Source of the DNA: a virus
Lineage: Duplodnaviria > Caudoviricetes
DNA: 51,528 nt
IMG/VR virus record: IMGVR_UViG_3300027734_000103
Span: 1 to 51,528 of that record
Direction: 5' to 3' (one strand)
The translations under genes were made by a program, and so were the position numbers. Of the stretch, positions 35,985 to 45,200 are shown in pieces. The notes below the pieces were generated by a model. The model saw only the letters and a program-made list of their open reading frames with translations, made no database searches and was not told the DNA's origin. Numbering within the stretch: position 1 is the first letter of the stretch; every line of letters starts with the position of its first letter.

Positions 35985-37664
35985 ATGGGAATATTTGACT
36001 CTCCGGGTTTAAAGTCGGTACCAGATACATCTACTCAACAAACTGTATCGACCTATGCACAACCTTATGTAACTAATTTATTAGACAAAACAAAAGCATT
36101 AACCAATGCTACAATGCCAGCATATACTGGCAAATTAACGGCTGGTTATGGTGATTTACAAGAACAGGCTTGGAAAGGTCTAAGCGGATTAACTGTTCCT
36201 GATTCATTAAAAAATGCTGGTACAAACTTGTCTACAATTAGCCAAGCGCAAGCCAACTTAAAGTATGACCCTGCCACCTTTACAAACACGTATAACGCTC
36301 CTGATGCTTATCAAGGCAACACTTTTTCTAATCAGTATCAAGCAACTACGCCTTATCAAGCATCTAATATTCAAAGCGCTTACCAATCGCCAGCCAATAT
36401 GTATACGCCAACCAATGTAAGCACAGGTACATTTGACGAGGCAGCGGCTAAGAAGTACATGAACCCTTATATTCAACAGGCGTTAAATCCACAGTTAGAA
36501 GCCTTACAACGTCAACAGTCCATTAATCAACAAGGCGATATGGCTAAGTTGGCACAGGCTGGTGCCTTTGGTGGTTCTCGTCAAGCAATACTACAAGCGC
36601 AGAACAATGAGAACTTATTGCGTCAGCAGTCTGGATTAATTGGTCAAGGATACAATCAAGCGTTTACACAGGCTGGACAACAGTTTACGGCTGACCAAGC
36701 ACGTGATTTACAGGCACAACAAGCCAACGTACAACAGGCTCAGTTTGCGGCTCAACAGGGTATGACTGATGCACAGATGAAGGCTCAGTACGGTATGACT
36801 GCGGCTCAGGCTAACGAGGCTTCACGTCAATTTGGACAGAGCCAAGCGGCTAATGCGGCACAGTTGCAAGCACAGTACGGTTTATCTGCACAACAGGCCA
36901 ACGAAGCATCTAAACAGTTTGGTTATGGTCAGAAGATGACTGCCGCTCAATTGGCATCTGCTGCCGACCAAGCAAGACAACAGTCACAATCACAAGCAAA
37001 TCAATTTGCAGCGACATACGGTTTGCAAGGATTGCAAGCGGCTGCTCAGTCTCAAACTGCTGCTGCAACTGCCGGTGCACAAGCAAATCAGTATGGTTTG
37101 GCTAACTTACAAGCATTGAGTAAGGCTGGAACAGAACAACAAGGACTTGACCAACAGGCTGTAAATGCTCAGTACAACGAGTATCTACGTCAATTAAAGT
37201 ATCCGCAAGAAATGGTTAAGTTGCAAAGTGATACATTGGCTAGATTGCCAATCACTACAACAAATACATTATCTGCTCAAAAATCATTTGTACAGGGTGC
37301 CGCTGGAGCCGCAGATACCGTTCTTGGTTTAGTAGGTAAGATGAAAGAAAAAGGTATGACACCTGAAGCAATTACTAAATATATTAATGATTTAACTAAA
37401 TCTAATCCAAAAGCCACGGGTGGTATTAAATTAGATGCTAGTGGTAATTTGATATACCCAACATCGCCAGAGGGTTCTGCGCCATATGATGATACTGGTA
37501 GATTAAATCCGGGCTGGGGGTATACAGAAAATAATGACCCAGTATGGGTTGGGTCTAATTATATAGACCCAACAATAGACCCAAAATCTGATTTTTATCA
37601 ACAAGAAGATAACTCAATGGAAGACCCTGATTACTGGACAGGGCAAAGTGCAGACCAAATATAA
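35985..37664 (+). CDS. internal virion / ejection protein (putative)
   Basis: YMNPY.Q..L, AGAFGGSRQA, Q/A-rich repeats, Q..LD....Y.EY.....YP. Confidence 0.7.
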   Translation: MGIFDSPGLKSVPDTSTQQTVSTYAQPYVTNLLDKTKALTNATMPAYTGKLTAGYGDLQEQAWKGLSGLTVPDSLKNAGTNLSTISQAQANLKYDPATFTNTYNAPDAYQGNTFSNQYQATTPYQASNIQSAYQSPANMYTPTNVSTGTFDEAAAKKYMNPYIQQALNPQLEALQRQQSINQQGDMAKLAQAGAFGGSRQAILQAQNNENLLRQQSGLIGQGYNQAFTQAGQQFTADQARDLQAQQANVQQAQFAAQQGMTDAQMKAQYGMTAAQANEASRQFGQSQAANAAQLQAQYGLSAQQANEASKQFGYGQKMTAAQLASAADQARQQSQSQANQFAATYGLQGLQAAAQSQTAAATAGAQANQYGLANLQALSKAGTEQQGLDQQAVNAQYNEYLRQLKYPQEMVKLQSDTLARLPITTTNTLSAQKSFVQGAAGAADTVLGLVGKMKEKGMTPEAITKYINDLTKSNPKATGGIKLDASGNLIYPTSPEGSAPYDDTGRLNPGWGYTENNDPVWVGSNYIDPTIDPKSDFYQQEDNSMEDPDYWTGQSADQI

Positions 37665-37685
37665 CATCTAACTTGAAGATAAACT

Positions 37686-39281
37686 ATGTATAACTTAATT
37701 CAAATTCAAACTGCGCTACAAGGGCTACCTTCAGACGACATAATGAAGTATGCCAATGGCAAAAATCCTGACGTACCTTCATGGCTTGCTTTGGGTGAAT
37801 TAAACCGTAGAAAACAATTAGAAGACACTGCGTCTGAATTTTACGGTGAAGTTCCTAGTTTAAAAGACCAAATTACCAGTTCATTAACTGGCGCTACCCA
37901 AGGAGTTAATCCTACTGCCGCTCCTCAAGGAATTAATCCAGCGTCCATTCCTCCGCAATTAGCCCCCACTATTGCAGCGCCTCCTAAGATGGCTAACCCA
38001 GCAGCACCTCAAGGACAAGTAGACCCAACCGCTCCTCCTCCAATGCCAATGGCAGCAGAAGGTGGATTGATGAGTCTTCCTGTTGATATGTTTAAACAGT
38101 CTAACTATGCTGGTGGTGGTATTGTTGCGTTTGAAGAAGGTGGATTAACGCCTGAAGAAATTGCAGCAGCCAAAAAACCAGCATTTACTCCACCAAATAC
38201 TAGAAGAGCCGGTGAAGAGCCTACTAAATATGAAGATTTTAATTTTGATGCAATTAAATCTAGATTAAGTAAATTTCTATTGCCTGACTATGAGGCAGAG
38301 AAAAAGGTTGCTGATTTATCTGCAATGGATAGAGAAGATGCGGCTAGAGCACCAGTTGCTAAATTTCCAGCCGCTACAACGCCAAGAGTAGACAACAAAC
38401 CAGTAGTAAACAATAAACAATTATCTAATACTGGTTCTGGACAAATTGACAATCCTGTAGAAAAATCAGATGTGGCTAAAGTTATTCCAACAACTGCAAA
38501 AGAAAAGGCGTTGGCAGATTACTTTACTGAACACAAAGCATTACAAAAATTGGCTGGTGTATCTGATGACCCGATGGCTGACATTAAGGCTCGTTACGCC
38601 AAGATAGAAGCCAAACGTGCGGCTCAAGAAGAAGAAGACCCAATGAATTCAATTAGGTCTGGATTACGTGCTTATGCCAATGCTAATCCAACAGATAGGG
38701 CTTTATCGCAATTTGGGAAAATGGGCGAAGGCATGGCTGCTTATGACAAAGAAACCATAGCAATGCGTGATAAACAAGCGCTTGATATGGCTGGATTGCA
38801 AGCGGCAATGGCTAAAGAGGATGATGCACGTAAACGTGGTGACGTTGCTGGTGCCACTGCTGCTCGTAAAGAACAAAGAGAATACGAAAACAAATTGGCT
38901 GAACTTGGCACACAAGGCAGAATGGCAGATGCAGCAATGCGTAATGCGGCTGCTCATGAAGTTCAAGCGGGTGCATCAGTTATATCTGCCAACGCACAAG
39001 CGCAACATGTTAGAAATGAATTGCGTAAAATAGATGCAACATTAAAAGAAAATCCTCTTACTGCTATTTTGGCTAAAGAATGGGCTGGGAATATTATGTT
39101 GCAAAAAGAATATCCACAAGTTCTTGATTTTTTAGCAAAGCAGGGTTTTATACCAAACGCTAAAACAAGTGGTGGTACAGTAATGAGTATGGCTGATGTT
39201 GCAAGAACAGCAAGAGAATCAGGCAAAACTCAACAACAAGTTATAGATATGGCAAAATCCAAAGGCTTTACCATTCAATAA
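37686..39281 (+). CDS. internal virion / ejection protein (putative)
   Basis: P.VPS.LAL.EL.RR N-terminus, AEGGL.SLP, YAGGGIVAF, helical C-terminal half. Confidence 0.65.
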   Translation: MYNLIQIQTALQGLPSDDIMKYANGKNPDVPSWLALGELNRRKQLEDTASEFYGEVPSLKDQITSSLTGATQGVNPTAAPQGINPASIPPQLAPTIAAPPKMANPAAPQGQVDPTAPPPMPMAAEGGLMSLPVDMFKQSNYAGGGIVAFEEGGLTPEEIAAAKKPAFTPPNTRRAGEEPTKYEDFNFDAIKSRLSKFLLPDYEAEKKVADLSAMDREDAARAPVAKFPAATTPRVDNKPVVNNKQLSNTGSGQIDNPVEKSDVAKVIPTTAKEKALADYFTEHKALQKLAGVSDDPMADIKARYAKIEAKRAAQEEEDPMNSIRSGLRAYANANPTDRALSQFGKMGEGMAAYDKETIAMRDKQALDMAGLQAAMAKEDDARKRGDVAGATAARKEQREYENKLAELGTQGRMADAAMRNAAAHEVQAGASVISANAQAQHVRNELRKIDATLKENPLTAILAKEWAGNIMLQKEYPQVLDFLAKQGFIPNAKTSGGTVMSMADVARTARESGKTQQQVIDMAKSKGFTIQ

Positions 39282-39290
39282 AGGGATGTT

Positions 39291-42200
39291 ATGGCAAGAG
39301 ATTTTAGTGCCGAATTGTTTGGCTCACCCACCAGTAGTCAAGGCACAGACTTTAGTAAAGAACTTTTTGGTTCCAAACCTAAAGAAAGAACTTATGGCGA
39401 AGCCTTTACTGACGTAGGGGCTGGTGTTGTCTCAGGCATTGGTTCACTTGTACAACTACCCGGACAACTCTATGGTTTAGCAACTGGAGATTTTGAAGAC
39501 ACAGGACTACTCGGTCTTGGTAAGTCAATTAGAAAATCTGGCGAAGAAATGAAGTCAGATGTATTAAAACAAAGAGAAGAACAACGTGCACAAAAGATTG
39601 CCGAGGCAGAGCAAAAAGGCACATTTGAAGCATTTAAAACTGCTTTTGGTGAAACAGTTAAAGACCCAGCATTAGTTACAAGTTTTCTTGCAGAACAAGT
39701 GCCACAGTTATTGGTACCTTTTGGTGCCGGTAAAGCCGGTTCTGCTATTGTTGCTGGTAGACAGGCTCTGGCTGGTGCCACTGCCAAAGAAGCCGCATTG
39801 GCTGGCGGTAAGGCTGGTGTTACAACTGCCGTTGGTGCTGGTGGAGTACAACAAGGTGCTGATATTGGCGCTCAGTCCTATGAAGACATCTACAAGTATT
39901 TAGTTAAAGATGGTATGCCTCCAGACCAAGCAAAGAGCGAGGCATTAAATCTTGCCCGTGCCTCTGGAGCCGGTGCTTTTGTTATTTCTTTATTAGCACA
40001 ACGATTACCCGGAGCCAAAACGCTTGAAGAGTCGTTTGTTGGCGTACCCGGTGTTGGTGGTAAGGTTGCTCGAATTGGTAAGGGTATTGCCGGTGAGACA
40101 GGTAGTGAGATTTTTGAAGAGGGTGGCGGTAAGATTGGGCAGAATATTGCTATGCGTCAGGTTAATCCTGAGCAAGCGCTCATGGAAGGCGTTGGTGCAA
40201 CGGCTGGTCTAGCCGCTGTAGGCGGTATCGGCATGGGTGGTCTTGGTGGTGCATTGCAAAAAGGGCTACAACCAACAACAATTACACCTCCGGAAACAAA
40301 AACAACCACTGACAAATTACTTAGCCAATCTCAATTACTATTACCGGCTCCTGATGAGCAGATTATTAATGATAAGCAGTATGACCCATTAAGAAACCCA
40401 CTAGGTAATTTCTTAGAGGGAGAACTCACTCCTGAGCAGATTGCTTACATCAACAAAGACCGCTCTGATAACAACAAGCCTCGTTTAAACTCTTACTCAT
40501 TAGAAGACTATGTAGATGCTTTACGCCATAGTTCTGATACCGATATTGCTAAACAAGGTGCTTTAGATAACATTCTCACGTTCAAGACCGGCTATGATGG
40601 CATGGTTGAAACAACGGTTGACCAAGTATTAAATGCCGCTTTAGATAAAAACATTGAAACAGGTACTCAAGGATTTAAAGACTTTTTAACTAGAGCAACC
40701 GGCACAGACAACCTTGAAGTCATGAGTCCAGTGCAACTGTACTCTGCGTATGAAGCCTTGGTTTCTCCGAACGTTCCTAGGTCTGACACGTTACAAATCT
40801 TGCCCGAAGGTACAAACGCAACTCGGTTTACGCAAAAGCAATACGACCAAGCGCTTAACAACCTACAGGCTGAGTACAACTTTTTAGATACAGATTCTCT
40901 TGGAAGAACTAGTGTCATTAATGATATTAAAGACACCACTGGGTTAAAGGATGACACAGATGCAAAGGCTCTCTTACGCCATGCAATCAACAGGGGTGAC
41001 TTAGAAGAAAGAATCTCTACCACTAAGGTGGATGGCAAAGATGTTAACGTGGTTAACATTGCTTTTGCTGGGAAATCCGAGCCGCTGCCTAGCGGCCTAG
41101 ACATTCGTTTCCAAACGTTTAAACAGGGTTCTGTTCCTGAAAACTATGAAATCAAGAACGGTTCAGTTGTTTTAGATAGAGTTTCTACAGAAGAAGAGGC
41201 TAAGGTTGCTCTTGAAAAGCAGACCGCTATTGCTGAGAAGAAAGCCTTAGACATAGAGAAAGACATAGAGAAGATTCAATCAGGCGTTGATAAATTGGAA
41301 TACTCGTTAGATGAGAAGAAGACTCTTGGTCACTTTGGTACACCAGCGTACAACAGAATGGCAACAGATATTGGCGCTCAGATACGTCAAGCCAAGGATA
41401 GGATTAACGCTAAACTCAACGATATTCGTAACCTACGCAATCCTTTTACAATTGTTCCGGTTGGAGAAAAGCCAGTTACCGCCAAGAAGTATGTGTTCTA
41501 TGACAACGATACACCGCTTGCATCGTTTGCTAACAAAGACTTGGCTGAACAGTATGGCTTGATGAGGCAGAATGCCAAGGGCGAGTATGCAGTTACAGAT
41601 GAAACTCTCCAACAGATTATTGATTCCGCTCCCACAACCAAGGGCACACTACCTAAACGCTATGCATCCTACGCTAAGAAAGAACTAGCAAGACGTAAGG
41701 GTGAAGCGCCACAGGGTATTGAGGTACGTAAGAGTGTGTACCAGCCCAAGGTTGAAGAAGACTTTGATAAGATTCGTCAGAATCTATTGCCAGCCTTAAA
41801 GAGGTTTGGTTTGGAGAAAGTTGGACTACGTATTGTAAAAAGTATTGCAGATGGCAAAGCAGACGGTTCTTATGTACAGGAACTCATTAAGATTGCTTAT
41901 AACGCCAAGAATCCAATGGGAACTCTACGCCATGAAGTGATTCATGCGTTAAAAGAATTGGGTGCGTTTACTCAACAAGAATGGAAAATCCTTGAGAACA
42001 AGGCTAAGTCTGAGTGGATAGATAAATACATTAAGAAGGTTGGAACTTACAAAGCATATCAAGATGCGTATAAACAGTCCAACGGTGACCTAAAAGGTTT
42101 TGATGAGTACATTGCTGAAGAAGCAATTGCTGAAGCATTTAGAGATTTTGCTAATACTAAACCACCCGTAGGATTGATTGGTAACCTGTTCTTCCGTTTA

Positions 42201-45200
42201 AACAAGATGTTTGAAGCCCTTGGTAACACGTTTAAACGACTAGGCTATGCTACAGCAGGTGACATATTCCAGAAAGTTGAACGTGGTGAAGCCAAACCAA
42301 CGAGAGTGGCAACATCTACACAGGAAAAGTTATCTCGTCAAAAACAACCAATTAGCGATGAAGAATACTTTGCTCAGGAAACTGCTAAACCTAAAGCCAA
42401 GAAAGTAATTTTTGAAGTTGCACCAGACCCCAACAATAAAGATTTAACTGAAAGATGGAACTCACTCTCATCCGAAGAAAAACTGGTTATTAGTAAGAAG
42501 GTTGCTGACTACGTTGTCAAGGATGCACTAGAGACTTTTGATAGTGAGGGTAAGATTTCTGACCAGATTGGTAGTTATGGCGAGTTTACTAATCCATCGC
42601 TATCCCTGTTTGTAGATAGTGGTGATTCAATTGAGATTGCTAAATATCTTGGATATGCGTTATCTCAAGACAGTATGGTTGTCATTTCTCCAAGAGATAA
42701 AAAAGGCTTTGATAAAACAGGCGCAGTTGTTATTGACGTTGGCAACAAAAACGAAAAAGAAATTGATGACATTTATCAAACGCTACGTGCCATTAACTTA
42801 AATGGTGAAAACCCAGTTGGTGGTCAATCCACCATCAATGGTAAGATGGTTGTGTTGAATTATTCAAACAGTACAACACAAGATTTAGCGGTAGCGATTG
42901 ACGATGCGTTAAAACAAAAATACAATGTAGCAACAAATGAAGTTTATACTGCATTCCCTGAGAAGAAAGATTACGATTATGGCGATAAGACAAATGACCC
43001 AAGAGGAATCGGACGAGTTGTTCGGGAACGGAGTCGTGCTATTCGGAGTGAAGCCGCAGCCCTCATCGAATCAGAACTCAAGCAAGTCGGAAAAGGAAAG
43101 ACAGAATCCGCAAGTTCCGGCATCAACATCCTCGACAAACGAGTAGACAATCCTAATTTAAAGAAGCCTACTGTCAATGATGTAGGAAAATACTTTGATG
43201 GTCTTTACGACAAAAAACGTGACTTTTCTGATGTAGAAGATTTTAATCGTGCAGTAAAGATTGCTACAGAAGAAATTGCATACCAGTTAGAAAATGAACG
43301 CTCCGGTTTAGATTGGTATGACGAGGACATATCTAAAGCGTTTAAACTTACTGCAAAGATAATCCCTAAACTGAAGCAGAGTAATAGCAGATTCTTGTTT
43401 AGCGTCATGGCTGGCATTATGTCGCCACAAACTAACGCCCGTGATAACTGGGTTATCGCTGCTCAGAACTTCCAGAATTATATAAAGACAGGAACTATAT
43501 CAGGCGTTAATCCCCAAACTGGTGGGTTATGGCAAGGTGGAACGCAGTCTATTAACAAGCGGACGCAATTAAACCTATTGAATAATATGGTTCAAGATAT
43601 GGGGGAAAAAGGAGCGATTGCTTGGCTAGTCTCCAACCGTACTGTTAAAGAAATTAATGATTTCCGTATGAAGTATGGAAACATTAAGAGTGGTATTGGC
43701 GGTAAGATGACTGACATTGTGCCAGCACTGTATACATTTGGTCCTAAAGTTGGCCCATTTGTATCCAATTTAAACGGCATCTATGATGTTACCGTTGACA
43801 AGTGGATGACAAGAACTTTTAATCGTTACTTTGGAACAATGCTTGGTAAAGATAAAAATATTATTGATGCCCCAACAGAGAAACAAAGAACTGCTATTAA
43901 AAATTTAATTAATGAGGTGGCAAAAGATGCAAACATTAAACCGTACCAAGCCCAATCTTTACTCTGGTTCTTCGAACAAAGACTCTTTAGAGAACTCGGA
44001 ACTCCAAGCCCCTCCTACGGATTCGGGGACGGAGCAAGGAAATTTTCTGAACAAACTTCCAAAGGAGGAGATAGAGGCGGTGTCGAGGGCGATGGAAAGA
44101 ATAAGCCAGCAACTAAAACTGGATTAAAAAAAGGCGAACTTTTACAAATACGTGCGCCTGAGACTGAAGAATTTCAAGAATGGATTGGAGATTCAGTTGC
44201 TATTGATAAAAATGGCGACCCAATTGTTTTCTATCACGGCACCAATCAAGACCTTAAAGAGTTTAGACCTAGCAAAGAGGGCGTTCTAGGAAAAGGTATT
44301 TACATTACGCCTGACGCAGAGTATGCAAGCAGTTACGCAGAAGAAAGTGCGTTTGGTGATAAGCGTGGCACTGGCGGTAATGTTATTCCATTATTTGTAA
44401 GAGTCACTTATCCGCTTATTGTTAAATATAAACAAGGTTATGACCCTGCAATCCAAGCATTAGAAGCGCTTGGTGTAGATACCGATAAGGCTTATCAGAT
44501 TGTAGAGAAGTCCCAAGAAGAATTTGGGAACATGACTAATCAAATCATGTCTCGTGCTAAGAAGTTAGGTTACGATGCAATATTTTATAACAATGAGGAT
44601 GGCTCAATTCGTGAAGCAGTTGTATTTGAACCTAACCAAGTTAAGTCAGCCTTTAATCAAAAGCCGACTGCATCTAAAGATATACGTTATCAAATCCGTG
44701 CTCCAGAGACTAAAGAGTTTAAACAATGGTTTGGTGACAGCAAGATAGTTAACGAAGACGGAACTCCAAAAGTAATGTATCACGGAACTGCTAGAGACAT
44801 TTCTGAGTTTAGACCTAAACAGGCTAATGCTATATTTTTAACTGAATTCCCAAAATTTGCTCAAAGTTTTTCTGACTCTAGTGAAGATTATTTGATTCGT
44901 GAATTTATAGAAAATGCTACACCAGAACAAACATCTAAAATTATTACAAAAGCAATTAAACAAGGCTTAAAAGAAAAAGATATTACTTCTTCTGCTGTAA
45001 AAAATATACGTCAAATGACTTTAAAACAGGCATCTCTTACCTCTGGCATTGGTTATCTTATACGTGGTTATGTAAAAGAAAGTTTGCCAACTGGACAAAA
45101 TATTTTACCTGTATTTGTTAAAGCAGAAAATCCATTTGATTATGAAAATCCACGCCATATAAATAGAATGTCTATGATATTTGGCGAAGATGAAACAATG

